Shown here: positions 1 through 24,289 of the stretch, piece after piece | Position numbering within the stretch: the stretch's first letter is position 1 | Layout: each line of letters starts with the position of its first letter | NCBI RefSeq assembly: GCF_009914755.1 | Contig: NC_060936.1 | Origin: the human T2T-CHM13v2.0 reference genome, Homo sapiens | Length of the DNA stretch: 64,000 nt | Reading direction: 5' to 3' (one strand) | Program-made: the position numbers and the translations under genes | The notes under the pieces: generated by a model | Seen by the model: only the letters and a program-made list of their open reading frames with translations | Databases searched by the model: none | Told to the model about the DNA's origin: nothing

Positions 1-419
1 TATGAAGAAGCAGTGTTAGCTTAAATGACATACATGTCACAATTGCCTATGTGAAACTATCATAATTATGCATGAGAAGTATCTATCCTGCATAACCTCC
101 ACCAATAATAATAATGTTAATAATAGTGAAAACTAATGTTTATTAAGTCCTTACTGTCTCCAGCCTCTGTGCTAAATACTGGTTACTAAGTTTCCCTGAA
201 AATACTATTCTCATCTGTTTGTTCTTAATAACAGGATAGCATAATTGTAAGTTGTAAATGAAATAATACAGTTTATGTAATAAAAGGGTAAAAGAGAAGA
301 CCACCTACCTTATCTTCTGTTGCTGATCTGGATGGATGTAGGTGGTGTTTACCTAGTTTCACCTTTGGCAGTTGAAACTACTTTTTTTTTTTTTTTTTTT
401 TTTTTTAAGAGACAGGGTG

Positions 420-728
420 GGCCAGGCGCAGTGGCTCACGCCTGTAATCCCAGCACTTTGGGAGGCTGAGGCGGGCAGATCACTTGAGGTCAGAAGTTCG
501 AGACCAGCCTGGCCAACATGGTGAAACCCTGTCTCTACTAAAAATACAGAAAAATTAACTGGGTGTGGTGGTACACACCTGTAATTCCAGCTACGTGGGA
601 GGCTGAAGCAGGAGAATCGCTTGAACCCGGGAGTGGAGGTTGCAGTGAGCTGAGATTGTGCCACTGCACTCCAGCCTGGGTGACAGAGCAGGACTCCGTC
701 TCAAAAAAAAAAACAACAACAAAAAAAG
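420..728 (+). mobile_element. Alu (AluS-like), full length
   Basis: GGCCAGGCGCAGTGGCTCACGCC start, A-rich linker, A tail. Confidence 0.93.
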
Positions 729-906
729 AAATTTTTAGAAATATGAGATGACAGCAAGAATGAGGGTATTAAAAAGAAATTTTTAGAACTAAATAGCAGA
801 ATGTAATGGTGAAAAGTTTGATTTCTCAAGTCTGCTTTGCACACAGGCATGTGGCAAACATTCAGTAAGTATAGCTGTAATTTTAACCAGCTGTAATGTA
901 TAATAG

Positions 907-1685
<779 letters not shown>

Positions 1686-3207
1686 CAAGTTAGTTTCAGA
1701 TATCAACATTTGGTGTTTCCAAATGCACGGGGAGGCTTTGGAGCAAGTTTTTGGCTCATATGCATAGGTGTCCTAGACATTCACTTTGCAAATTCTTATT
1801 AAAATGACTACAGTAGCATACAGATAGGGAAAAATATCCTTGTCAGTACCACCGATTGGGTGAGAAGAGACTGTATATTAAAAACAATGACCATCTTTTT
1901 GCCACATAAATTGCTGGTGGGGCCAGTTTGAAGAGGGCTTTGTCAGCTGCCTTCTGCCTCTTCCTCTTGAGTACGTGGAGTTGGAGTCATCCTTGACAGC
2001 CTCCTGTTGACACCACCCGGGTCACAGATGTGAAACTGTGTGGATGTAGGAGAGAGCAGTGATGGGGCTTACCCCAAGGTTGCTCTTCCTTCCCTCTGGC
2101 CACAAATGTTTAGTAAGGAACTGCTCTGTATTAACCATTTGCTAGGGGCTGCAGATACGGTGGTGAAGAAATAGACATGTTCCTACTCGGGATGCTGAGG
2201 TGGGAGGATTGCTTGAGCCCAGGAGTTGGAGCTGCAGTGAGCCATGATCACACCACTGCACTCCAGCCTGGGGGACAGAGCGAGACCCTATCTCTAAAAA
2301 ACAATAAAAGAAATAGATGTGTCCTTCACCCTCATGGAACTGCCAGTCTAGCCTTCAACCTGGTGACTGTAGAAATGTGTGATTAGATGCTATATTGCCA
2401 TGTTGAGTGTCACCCCTGAGAAGCAGGGTTTTTTTTGAGAAGGTAGGATGGGGGATCTGACTGTGGGACCACCAGAGGGAAAAGCACATGTAAAAGCTGC
2501 GTGTACCAACTGGAGGAAATCGGAGACGTGATCAGAGAACCAGAGTCAACCAGGGGCCATGCCGTACAGGGTCCTGTTAAGATCTGTGACTTTTTTCTAA
2601 ACGTTTTCTTCTGGATAACATCTAAATTTCTAGTTCCAAATGTGAAACTCCAAGGGCGTTCTGTGCTAAACATTTTGCATGTATTAATTAATTTCCACCA
2701 CACAACATTGCTGTGAATTAAGACAGTTTCTAAGCATGGCAAGAAACCCAGAAATCATAATGGAAAAATCTGATAAATTTAACAATGCCAACATGAACCT
2801 CTGTAGGAAAAAAAATACCACAGACTAAAAAGGGGGGAAAAAAACCAGAGACAAATATTTGCAACACATACAGTAAAGGGTAATTTTCTGGTTATATCAA
2901 GAGCTCCTACAAATCAGTAAGAAAAAAAATCTAATAGGAAATGAGCAACGACAAACTGACAACTCATAGAAAAGGAAACACAAGTGGTCTGAAAACATGA
3001 AAAAGTGCTCAGTCTCACAAAGAAATGCAAACTAACATGGTACCATTTTCCATTAATCAGATAGACAAAGATGAAAGAGTTTGGTAATGTATGTAGTATT
3101 GGCACAAGTGAGGGAAAACAGGGGATTTCACACTCTATGCCCGTCCAAACCAGTACCTTATTTTGAGGGTGGTTTGACAATATTTGTCAAAATAAAAAAA
3201 TTATATA

Positions 3208-4356
<1,149 letters not shown>

Positions 4357-4543
4357 TATCTTGACAAAGCCATTTTATTTCTAAAACTTTAATTTTACAG
4401 ATTTATTTGTAAAAGTATGTAAAAATGATTGTAAAGGATATGTTCTGCTGCATTATTTGTAATAACAGAAAACCAGAGGATAACATAAATGTCCTATAAG
4501 AAGGGTTAGATTATGGATGGCACATTCATACAATGGGGTATTA

Positions 4544-5533
<990 letters not shown>

Positions 5534-5645
5534 TCAAGTTGTAGTATGTGAAAAAATCAGGGTGTAAAACAAGAGAATCCCATTTGTGTGTGTGTCGAGT
5601 GTGTTTCACACAGGCTCAGAGGGAGTAGTGTGTATATGCACATGA

Positions 5646-6101
<456 letters not shown>

Positions 6102-6711
6102 TAGAGATGGGGTTTCCCTACGTTGCCCAGGCTGATCTTGAACTCCTGGTCTCAAGCAATCCTCCCACCTCAGCCTCCCAAAGTGCTGCGATTACAGGTG
6201 TGAGCCACCTTGCCCTGCCCTGTACAAAGATCTGCATAAAAGCAGTTAATAATACTATGTTTGAGGCTGCCATCACAGGGGTGAGGTCAAGGACAAGTGT
6301 GAGAAATTCTTTTAGAATCTATTTTAAAAAAAGAAGAGATGACAGTGGTGACAGTCAGGGAACAGATAAGCAGGTAGATTGTGGGGGTCTAGGCTGTCTA
6401 ACTGGTGTTTAAAATGAAGCAACCGCTGAGCCTGCTGTATTTCATTTAATGGAGACTAGTAAAACAACAGCCAGAAATTCTTCACTTTCCATCTAAGAGA
6501 GGCAAAAGTTATTTTCCCTTCAATAACCTGGGACTGTAGGATTAAGGTTTTTTTTTTTTTTTTTTTAAATACTACAATATGACTACCAGTATAATTTAAA
6601 AATGATTAGAATTCTATTTGAGTAAGAAATAGGTGTCTGCCTGAAGTAGACAGTCACTGAAGTCACTAAGTGGCAAAAGACAGAAAAAAAATTGAAAGTA
6701 GGAAACAATCA

Positions 6712-7119
<408 letters not shown>

Positions 7120-8244
7120 TTAATGAAACATAATCTATGGTAGAGATATTATAGTCAATAATTGTTTTATGTATTCATTAAGGTAACAACAAGCAAACAA
7201 GCTTTAATAGTTTTAAATGCTTTATATGCTTTATAGTTCTTTTATGTGCATTAATTCATTAATTCTCATTTCCTATGAGGTAAACACTATTATTATCCAC
7301 ATTTTACAGATGTAAAAACCGAAGCAGAGAGATTAATTAGCTTGCCCAGGAGATGTGGCATTCTGGGATTTGAGACAGTGGTTTGGCTCTGTAGGTTGCT
7401 TCAATAACCAAGAGATGCTTCAAATCAGATTTTTAAAATATGTTTTTCAGAAGCATTTTCCTGATACTTCTCCCCTTACATGGGTGTTAGTCTTTTGGGT
7501 TGAAAAACATGAGTAAGTGCTAGAAGAGCAAAATATGCATCCAGATTTAATAGTATGTCTGTTTTTCTGAGCCTTGGCATTTCATTGCTTTTATAATAGA
7601 AATGAAGGCTTTTTTTTTTTTTTGGCTGAGAATAGCACTGAACTCAGTGGGAGGGACTGTGGGTTGTAAGTTGTCCGCCTCTGAATGGAGTTGAATTTAA
7701 GTTTCTTGGTTTCCAAAGAATGATTGATTTAAAGACCCTCAAATTGCAAGTTAGAACTGACTTCAGTCCTTGAGGTTTTTTACCATTTAATGAATAATTA
7801 AATTTATGGTAATAAATGGTAATAAATGGTAAAAATGGTAATAAATTTTACCATTTAATGAATTTTTCTTAAAAAGCAATTGAATTGTTGATGAAAGGTG
7901 ATGTTAAAATTATCCCAGATTTATCAATCTTTTTTTTATTGCCCCTGGATTTTGAGTCATAGAAAGCCTTTCCTTATTCTAAGGTTAACAAGACATTCAC
8001 CCATGTTTTCCTCTAGTATTGCATTGTTTCATCTTTTACGTTTATTATTTATTTTATTTTATTTTTTTGAGACAGGGTCTCACTGTGTCACTCAGGCTGG
8101 AGTGCAGTGGAATGATCTTGGCTCACTGCAGCCTCTGCCTCCCGCCTCCCGGGTTCAAGCGATTCTGCTGCCTCGGCCTCCCAAGTAGCTGGGATTACAG
8201 GCACCTGCCACCGCGCCTGGCTAATTTTTGTATTTTTTTTTTAG

Positions 8245-8400
<156 letters not shown>

Positions 8401-9328
8401 CTACTTTGTTACGGTGCATTATTTTCTAAATGTGGTATTGGATTCTTTTATATTTTGTTTAGAAGTTCTGCATCAATATTCATGAGTACCATTGGTCTCT
8501 GTTGTTTTTCTTGTGCCATCTTTATTGGTATAGGTATCAGTGTTATATTTAGTTTGTAAAAGGAAGTTGGAAGTTTTCCTTTCTTTTTAGTACTCAGGAA
8601 TGATTTTAAGAATTGAGACTATTTGGTCTTTGAAGGTTTGGTAGAAGTCCATTGGGAATCCATCTGGGCCTGGTGATTTTCTGTGCGGTAGTTCCTTAAT
8701 TGTTTTCCCTATTTTTTCTTATTTTTAATCAGGTAGCCTCTGAACCAGAATAGGTTCAGAGAGGCTCCCTCTATTTTTTTTAATACAAGTTGGTCTGCCT
8801 AAGTTTTCTTACTCTAATGGGTTAATTTTTGTAGACTGCATTTCCCTGAAAAATTACACGTTTGTTCTAGGTTTTCTGACTTATTTCCACAACTTTTTAG
8901 TCTTTCCCCCTGGAATCATGCCCCTTTCCATAAACAGGACTCTGATGTACCTGAAGTATTTTCACACTTCGGGTGGACTTTCTGTTTCTGGGGGTGGTTT
9001 TAGAGCAATTTTAGGCCTGCCACTAGCTACCCTGTTCTCTACACCATGCTGTTTTTCTCAGAATGCTCTTCTTTTGCACAAAGGCTTGGAGTAGGAGGTT
9101 GAGCAGTCACTCACTGACGTTTGGTATATTTTCTTTTTTTTGCTTACAGGTAATCTGGAAGTTTGGGCATTCTCTTTAAGTTGAGGGTGTGGTTTTCATG
9201 TCATTTTATTTGTTTATTGTTTTCTTGTGTGTGTTTCTTAGAGACAGGGTCCCACTCTTGCCCTGGCTGGAGTGCAGTGGCGTCTTGATCATAGCTTACT
9301 GCATCCTCAAGCTGCTGGGCTTAGATGA

Positions 9329-9619
<291 letters not shown>

Positions 9620-10182
9620 TGATCCACCCACCTTGGCCTCCCAAAGTGCTGGGATTACAGGCTTGAGCCACTGTGCCTGGTCCCTGGCTAATTTTTAATT
9701 TTTTTGTAGAGATGGGATCTTGCTATGTTGCCCAGGCTGGTCTTGAACACCTGGCCTTAAGCAATCCTCCCACCCTAGCCTGCCAAAACACTGGGATTTA
9801 CAGGCATGAACCATTGTGCCTGGCTTGTTTTGTTTTTAATTCTATGTTGTTTTTGAAGGATGTATGGGGAGAGATGGATTTAGGCAATCATCGTTGTCCT
9901 TGGCTACCTGAAAGTCCAGGCACTCTTCTAGATACTTTATAAATATTAACTCATTTTATCCTCTCAACAACACTATGACATGGGTACTGTTACACCTTCC
10001 ATTTTATAGGACTTAACAGAGAGGTTAAATATGTAGCCCAGGGTCACAGAGAGCTGGGCTTCAGACCAAGACAATCTGGCACCAGAGTCTATGTGGCTAC
10101 CCCTAAGGCTTTGCCACCATGTGTTAGTGATTCTCAGCCTGTCATTTGGGGAGGGGATTGCCCTTTTTTTTAAACTTTTTAA

Positions 10183-10446
<264 letters not shown>

Positions 10447-10535
10447 TAACCTTCGTCTCCTGGGTTCAGGTGATTCTCCTGCCTCAGCCTCCGGAGTAGC
10501 TGGGACTATAGGCGCGCACCACCATACTTGGCTAA

Positions 10536-10736
<201 letters not shown>

Positions 10737-11132
10737 TGAAAGATTTGGTCTCCACACCTGTGTTATATAATAATTAGTTTTTCCATTTTTTTCCTCTTGG
10801 TAGAAGGCACATATGCCACTCAGTTTCCAGTTGCCACACCCAATTAACATAATTGTTTTGCAGCCAAAAGCAAAAGAGAGTTGACATTTTAATTAGCTTA
10901 TGTAGGTAGACAAATTGAGGCCTAATGTAAGAGTTTCATTATACCTTTTTGAAAAACTATAAATAGCTAGAAGCCAGTTGTCATTACTTTTTGATTCCTT
11001 AGAATTCTGGGCATCTTTCATCTGGAACCACAGATGAAAGAAGCTGCAAGGAAGGATTTTTTTTCTTAACGGAATAGTTTAACCATTCTGAATGCAAAAG
11101 TATTGGATGCTAGAATAATAGGTATCACATAA

Positions 11133-11392
<260 letters not shown>

Positions 11393-11447
11393 TGACCTCG
11401 TGATCCGCCTGCCTCGGCCTCCCAAAGTGCCGGGATTACAGGCGTGA

Positions 11448-11750
<303 letters not shown>

Positions 11751-11850
11751 TAGGCATGAGTCACCGGGCCCAGACTCAATCTTCTGACAAGCTCTCAGAG
11801 AGAGTAAAAAGCAAATGAATATTTCATTATTTTGATCTGAGCTTTACGAT

Positions 11851-11881
<31 letters not shown>

Positions 11882-12206
11882 GAGATGGAGTTTTGCGTTG
11901 TTGCCCAGGCTAGAGTGCAGTGGTGGCGATCTTGGCTCACCGCACCCTCCGCTTCCCGGGTTCAAGCGATTCTTCTGCCTCAGCCTCCTGAGTAACTGGG
12001 ATTACAGGCATGCGCCACCATGCCCGGCTGATTTTGTATTTTTAGTAGGGACAGGGTTTCTCCATGTTGGTCAGGCTGGTCTTAAGCTCCCGACCTCAGG
12101 TGATCCACCTGCCTCGGCCTCCCAAAGTGCTGGGATTACAAGCATGAGCCACCTTGCCCAGCCTTTTTTTTTTAAATCTGAGAAGAGGTCTTGCTCGATT
12201 GCCTAG

Positions 12207-12475
<269 letters not shown>

Positions 12476-13164
12476 TAAGATACTTGAATTGGGTCAATAT
12501 TTGTGGAGAAGTCTCTTAAAAGTTCACTTGATTGTCAGTACTAGAACTCTACATTTAATATTGACATATTCCTGGGAGCATTTCAGAGCATTCTATTAGC
12601 TTAGAAAGGTCCAGGATAATTTGACTTTAGAAGTTACTGTTACCATGAATCTCAATGACTTTTGAAATCCATGAAGAATATCTTTTTTTTTTTTTTGAGA
12701 CGGAGTCTCACTCTGTCGCCCAGGCTGGAGTGCAGTGGTGATCTGGGCTCACTGCAAGCTCCGCCTACTGGGTTCACGCCATTCTCCTGCCTCAGCCTCC
12801 CGAGTAGCTGGGATTACAGGCACATGCCACCACGCCTGGCTAATTTTTTTGCATTTTTAGTAGAGAGGGGGTTTCACTGTGTTAGCCAGGATGGTCTCGA
12901 TCTCCTGACCTTGTGATCCGCCCGCCTCGGCCTCCCAAAGTGCTGGGATTACAGGCGTGAGCCACCGCGCCTGCCCAAGAATATCTTTTTGCTGGTAACT
13001 AGAGAGGACTCCTCTGAAGCAGATGCCATTCATGATGGATTTCATCATTTATGGGTTTTAAAAAACATTTTATTTTGAAATAATTTCAAATTTAAATAAG
13101 AGTTGCAAAATAGTACAAATAATTCGTGTTAACTTTTCATCCAGATTTACAAGTCAACCTTATA

Positions 13165-13691
13165 CAGGTTGAGTATCCCTTATCCAAAATGCTTGGGACC
13201 AGAAGTGTTTTGGATTTCAGATTTTTTCGAATTTTGGAATATTTTTATTATATACTTAAGCATCTCTAATCCCCAAATCTCAAATCTGAAATATCTGAAA
13301 TGCTATGATGAGCATTTCCTTTGAGTGTTATGTGGGCACTTTTTAAATTTATTTAATTAATTTATTTTTTGAGATGGAGTATTGCTCCATCACCCAGGCT
13401 GGAGTGCAGTGAGCGATCTTGGCTTATTGCAAACTTCACCTTCTGGGTTCAAGTGATTCTCCTGCCTCAGCCCCCTGAGTAGTTGGGACTATAGGCGCTT
13501 GCCACCACGGCCGGCTAATTTTTGTATTTTTAGTAGAGACAGGGTTTCACCGTGTTGGCCAGGCTGGTCTCGAACTCCTGACCTCAGGTGGTCCACCTGC
13601 CTCCGCCTCCCAAAGTGCTGGGATTACAGGAGTGAACCACCGCGCCTGGCCATGGATTTTGCAGCATTTTAGATTTGGGATACTCAACCTG
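13165..13691. mobile_element. Tigger4 (Zombi/MER46)-type MITE interrupted by an Alu
   Basis: TIRs CAGGTTGAGTATCCC (13165) and GGGATACTCAACCTG (ends 13691); TA on both flanks. Confidence 0.88.
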
Positions 13692-13702
13692 TACCATGTT
13701 TA

Positions 13703-13726
13703 CTCTCTCTCCTCTCTCTCTCTCTC

Positions 13727-13780
<54 letters not shown>
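13703..13780. repeat. Compound microsatellite (CT)n-(TA)25 followed by degenerate TA-rich sequence
   Basis: Direct reading; (TA)n spans 13731-13780. Confidence 0.97.
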
Positions 13781-13783
<3 letters not shown>

Positions 13784-14213
13784 TATATATACACTACACA
13801 TATATGTATGTATATGTATGTATTTTATATATAAAATACATATCTACATATAAAATACACATGTATATATACATGTGTACATATATGTGTCTCTATATTT
13901 AAGTTTTGTTGGAACCACTTGAGGGTAAGTTGCAGACATGGCGTCTCATTGCTCCAAAATACTTCAGTGTGTATTTCTTAAATACAAGGACACTTGGTTA
14001 CATAACCACAGTATATCACCAAATGTATATTATAACAAGACTACCATCAAATCCTTATATCTCTTTCAAATTGTTTTAGTAATATCCTTATAGCAAAAGA
14101 CAAAACAACAACAAAAACTGTTCCCTTTTATTTTGTTTGTTTTGGTCCATTATATGTCCAGGTTATGCATTAATGCATTGTGTTACTTGCTAAGTCTTGT
14201 TACTGGCCTTTAA

Positions 14214-14492
<279 letters not shown>

Positions 14493-14539
14493 TGATCCGC
14501 CCGCCTTGGCCTCCCAAACTGTTGGGATTACAGGTGTGA

Positions 14540-14856
<317 letters not shown>

Positions 14857-15196
14857 TAATTTTTGCATTTTTTGTAGAGATGGGGTTTCACTATATTGCC
14901 CAGGCTGGTCTTGAACTCCTGGGCTCAAGTGATCTTCCCATCACAGCCCCCTAAAGTGCTGGGATTATAGGCGTGAACCACTGTGCCTGGCTGAGGATTA
15001 AGTTTCAACCTCAGGGGAGCGGCATTCAAACTATAGCATTGTCCTTTAGTGACTGGCTTAGTTCACTTAGAATGTTTGTCTATTCATCCATCTATAGACA
15101 CTGTTTTCTTTCACCTTTTGGCTTTGCAAATAATGCTGCTGTGAATATGAGTTATAGAAAAATACCAATTTGAATCCGTGTTTTCAATTACTTTGA

Positions 15197-15522
<326 letters not shown>

Positions 15523-15757
15523 TGAGCCACCGCACCTGGCCTCCATGTTTCAATTTTTAAACAAACAATTAGTTAAAAAAATAGGAAACTAAGAGAATGA
15601 ACTATTTCCTGTTTTATTCAGTGGGTTATAATCTGTTACTATCATTGTTTATTTTGAGGTACAAATTGTCCCTACTTTGGCCAGCAGAGGATCCTGCAGT
15701 TTGTCTCCTGTGTCCTTTTCATAGCTCCTTGTTGGAACTCTTACTGGCCCACAATAG

Positions 15758-16252
<495 letters not shown>

Positions 16253-16429
16253 TGAACTCCTGACGTCAAGTGATCTGCCCGCCTCGGCCTCCCAAAGTGC
16301 TGGGATTATAGGCGTGAGCCACTGTTCCCATCCAGAAGCATACATATCTATTTCTATATCTACATTTCTGTCTTTACATGTATATATTAAAAATTACAGT
16401 TTGCACTAATACCTCCAATTACAATCTAA

Positions 16430-16822
<393 letters not shown>

Positions 16823-17133
16823 TGAGCCACTGTGCCCTGCCTCTAGTTTATTTATTTTTATTCCATGTGCTCAGTCTTGCGAGCACGTGGTCTGTTTTCT
16901 TGGGCCTGGCCCCCTCAGTGCACTGTCTTAATACCCTAGCCCCCAGTCCCTCTGATCATATCCCCAGACACCCCTACTGAATCCCAGGTCTCTACCAAGG
17001 GAAAGGCAGGGAGGAGGCATTGACCAAGGAGAAGAGGGGGAAGGGACAGGGAAGGTCTTGATTTGTATTTTCTAAAATTTTCTACTCTGCTCATAATGCG
17101 TCTTAGCTGTGTTGTTGTGGAAAGTAGTGCTGA

Positions 17134-17301
<168 letters not shown>

Positions 17302-17759
17302 TAAGTTGGAATGAAAAGAGAGGATCCTGAGAGTGTTTTCTAGGTAGGAAGTGGTAAAACCATGCTTGGATAGCTTGCTGCCTGCATTTCGAGTTTGAAG
17401 GCCTTATCTGAGCCCTGGGCTGCCTTCAGGGTTTGGGGAGTGGCCTCCTGGACATTTAGCAGAAGAGGAGTAAGGAGGGCCCTTCTTCTCCCTCTGAGAC
17501 CTCATGGAAGGTGAGTTGGAGCAGGTCATAGAAGTTCTTAAGCCCTCCAGTGCTTGAGACTTGTTCCACACATCTTGAACCTGGTTTCTGCATTTTTCTT
17601 TTCCTTCCTGTTGATTTATTTAAAAATTTTATTTCTTTTCAATTTTTTTTTTTTTTTAAATAGAGGTGGGATCTTCCAATGTTGGCCAGGTTGGCCTTGA
17701 ACTTCTGGCCTCAAGCAATCCTGCCTCGGCCTCCCAAAGTGTTAGGATTACAGGCGTGA

Positions 17760-17936
<177 letters not shown>

Positions 17937-18010
17937 TAAAAAATATTTTTTGTAGAGATGAGGTCTCACTGTATTACCAAGGCTGATCTTTAACTCTTAG
18001 CCTCAAGTGA

Positions 18011-18139
<129 letters not shown>

Positions 18140-18392
18140 TAAAACATGACTGAGGAAGTTGTGGTCCCCTTTGCTTCCCTGCCCAGGCCCGTTTCCCTCC
18201 CTCTTTCCCCAGAGGAAACCACCAAGAGGTTGGCATATATTCTTCCTGAACGTGTTTTTATAGTTGTACTGCACTTGTACTGTGTATGAACAATATAAAG
18301 TTGGTTTGTGTGTTTAAAAAATTCACATACATGGATTTATAATGTATGTATCATTTTGCAACTTAAAAATTTTTTTTTGAGCTCCATGCTGA

Positions 18393-18795
<403 letters not shown>

Positions 18796-19239
18796 TGAGT
18801 TCAAGCAGTTCTCCTGCCTCAGCCTCCTGAGTAGCTGGGATTACAGACATGTACCACCATGCCAAGTTAATTTTTGTATTTTTTGTAGAGACTAGGTTTT
18901 ACCATGTTGGCCAGGCTGGTCCTGAACTCCTGACTTAAAGTGATCCATCTGCCTTGGCTTCCCAAAGTGCTGGGGTTACAGGCATGAGCTATCGCGCCTG
19001 GCCTGAGAAATCTCATTCTTACTCCTACTCCCTTGCACACTATCTCCATTCTGTAGGTAGCCATTTCTATTAATTTCTTGTTTACCCTTCTGTGTTTCTT
19101 TCATTCTTTTTCTTTTTTTCTTTTTTTTTTTTGAGACAATCTTGCTCTGTTGCCCAGACTGGAGTGCAGTGGTGTGATCTTGGCTCACCGCAACCTCCAC
19201 CTCCTGGGTTCAAGTGATTTTCATGACTCAGCCACCTAA

Positions 19240-19491
<252 letters not shown>

Positions 19492-19807
19492 TAGAACATT
19501 AAATATATTTCTCTGTAATTTTTTTCAGTTACCTAAATCTTTTAGTGATCTCTCTCATCTTTTTAATCAGCTGGATCGCATTCTATCATGTGAATATTTT
19601 ATAACTTCTATATACTGTCACCAGCAGGTAGCGATTTAGTTGTGTCTAATATTTTAAAATGATATATAATGCCTCAATGAATATAGTAACCTTTTGCATA
19701 TATTGTTTTGTGCTTTGGGATAACACTACCTCGTATTGGAAACTGTGTCATTACATGTGTCTTTAAAATTACATGTGTCTTTTTATTTTTATTTTTATTT
19801 TTTTTGA

Positions 19808-20107
<300 letters not shown>

Positions 20108-20122
20108 TAATTGCTGCATAGT

Positions 20123-20527
<405 letters not shown>

Positions 20528-20660
20528 TTATACATTTTTATGATTAAAAAACAAAATGTTTTTCTATTATGAATAAAGTGGCAATGAATATTTTTGTACA
20601 AGTGTTTTGGTAGCTATACAGTTATTGTCACTTAATATATGCAATTCGATAGGCCAGTCA

Positions 20661-21004
<344 letters not shown>

Positions 21005-21160
21005 GATATGCAAGGTAAAGATACTAATAAAGACCTTTGTGTTGAGTTGGTTGACATGTGGTTATTTCACCCATCGTATTTCTTATAGGGAATAGGTAAA
21101 TTCGTTCCTTGGGTTTCTTTCAACACTTAGGTAAAATCCGACGTGGAAGATGAGATCTGA

Positions 21161-21427
<267 letters not shown>

Positions 21428-22434
21428 TAGTGACCACAAAGTCTGCTGCTCCCTTGTGCCCTGAGTGTCAGAAATGCATGACGGTCTGTGTATGACTCTC
21501 TGACTCCAAAGGCTTGTGACTGTTTTTTGAGCTGTAATCTTTAAAGAATTACTAAAGTGAGACTAATAGCATCAAATTATTTTCAGAGTACCTTTTTCCT
21601 GCAAAAGTTTTAATCAGTGTTACTTACACTCATCCTATAGGGGTTGCATACCATTCCTGCATATACTTGGTACGTGTATTAGTTTTAAGACTTATTGAAC
21701 TTCAGCAGATAATCTTTGAGAGTTATTAGAGGAAAACAAATGATAATGGAGACACCAAAATAGCAGCAGTTTTCTATGGTGGCTCTCGACCAGTTATTCA
21801 GCAATGTCACCAACAGATGTCAGTTTAAGCTCAGAAGTGGAAAAGCAGAGAGCTCAGAGGGTCAGCTTTTTCATCAGTTCTTTTAATGTTATCACCACAA
21901 TTATGTGAGAATGACCTTGCTTAGAGAAAATTATGTTATTTTCGAGATCTTTCCCCCTGTGTTGGAACTAGGCTGATGAAAGCATGGGCTTGACTTATTT
22001 ATTGATTGTATTCGTTTTGTACATTCCCAATCTCCTCTCTGACTTGGTGCAAATTCAGGATCTCTTAGTTAGTTTGTATATTTTGTGTCTTCAGGTATGA
22101 TTTTTTCAGCTTATACCTTTATGTCAGTGCTATTATGTGCTGATAATTTGTTTCTCTAGCTACCACCGTAGCTTCAGGCAAAAGGCTGTCAGCCAACTCT
22201 GTACAGTTTATTTCTAAATTTTACTGTTTTCAGTTGAGTATGGATGAAGAATAACTCAAAGTTTATTCTTTTGATGATGAGCCCTTAACACCACCTGCCA
22301 TGATAGTACTTGCTTTCTGACCAAGATCCTGAGGGAAAAAGCCACTTTATTATTAGAACTATGTTAAGATGCTTCCCAAAAAACATGGAGCAGTATTGTC
22401 TCAAAGTCTGTCCTTGGATGGCTTTGGATGCCTA

Positions 22435-22597
22435 CATCAGGACTGTCTGATGTGCTGGTTAAAATGCAGATTCCTGGGCCTCATTCAGACTTACATGTAT
22501 TGATATTGCTGGTTGTGGAGCCTGGGAATTCATATTTTTAGCAAAATCCCTCATTTTTACTCCAAGTCTTATGTGCATTATACAGTTTGAGATGATC
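22435..22597. mobile_element. MER5-type hAT fossil
   Basis: ttaaaatgcagattcctgggcctc...gcctgggaattcatattttta...cagtttgaga. Confidence 0.6.
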
Positions 22598-22769
22598 ACC
22601 CAGGATATAGTCCAAAGACACTGGAGGCTGTTGAAGTATAGGTTGTATATATGGAAAAGGTTGGAATGTTTGAATTAATTTATAATGAAGATCCTTTTTA
22701 ATTGAGTGTTCACATGCCAAGGCAAGGACAAACATTCAAAATGATTTTCTGTCTCTGTTACAACTTTTT

Positions 22770-23730
<961 letters not shown>

Positions 23731-24096
23731 TGTAACTTCTTTAAATGGCTATAATTAAACAGTTGGTCCTTTTAAGATTGGGCAATGGACGAATGGCAAA
23801 TTGCATTTTTAAAAGAGGAGGGATTTAAAAAAAAACAGGAAAGATTGGGGCATTTGTCTCTAAAGGACTGTGGACTCATTTAAGAAGTTTAGTGGTCATT
23901 CTTACCATCTTTGTGGTTTTTCCTGCCTGCATGGGATGCAGATTTTCTGTCTCAGGTGGGATTGATCAATCCCTTGGAGGAATGTGTCTACTTTTTAATT
24001 GTGTTTAGGAGAGCTGACTGTATACAGTAGTTTTGTGAAAGAACAACATGAACCCATAGTAGAGCTAAATTCTTTTTTATTTTTTAAAAACTTTAG

Positions 24097-24289
24097 GTGG
24101 TTTCATGGACATCTCTCTGGGAAAGAAGCAGAGAAATTATTAACTGAAAAAGGAAAACATGGTAGTTTTCTTGTACGAGAGAGCCAGAGCCACCCTGGAG
24201 ATTTTGTTCTTTCTGTGCGCACTGGTGATGACAAAGGGGAGAGCAATGACGGCAAGTCTAAAGTGACCCATGTTATGATTCGCTGTCAG
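24097..24289 (+). CDS. PTPN11: PTPN11 exon 4, C-SH2 ([15 protein letters not shown]...[17 protein letters not shown]...HVMIRCQ)
   Basis: ctttag|GTGG...TGTCAG|gtaaat; 193 nt; FLVRES motif, ORF 23999..24496. Confidence 0.98.

Noticed and set aside
22075-22100. Other YAG|GT sites (22094, 37698, 41957) as recursive splice sites
   Set aside because: Short intron or poor donor match and no clear branch point; expected by chance in T-rich introns
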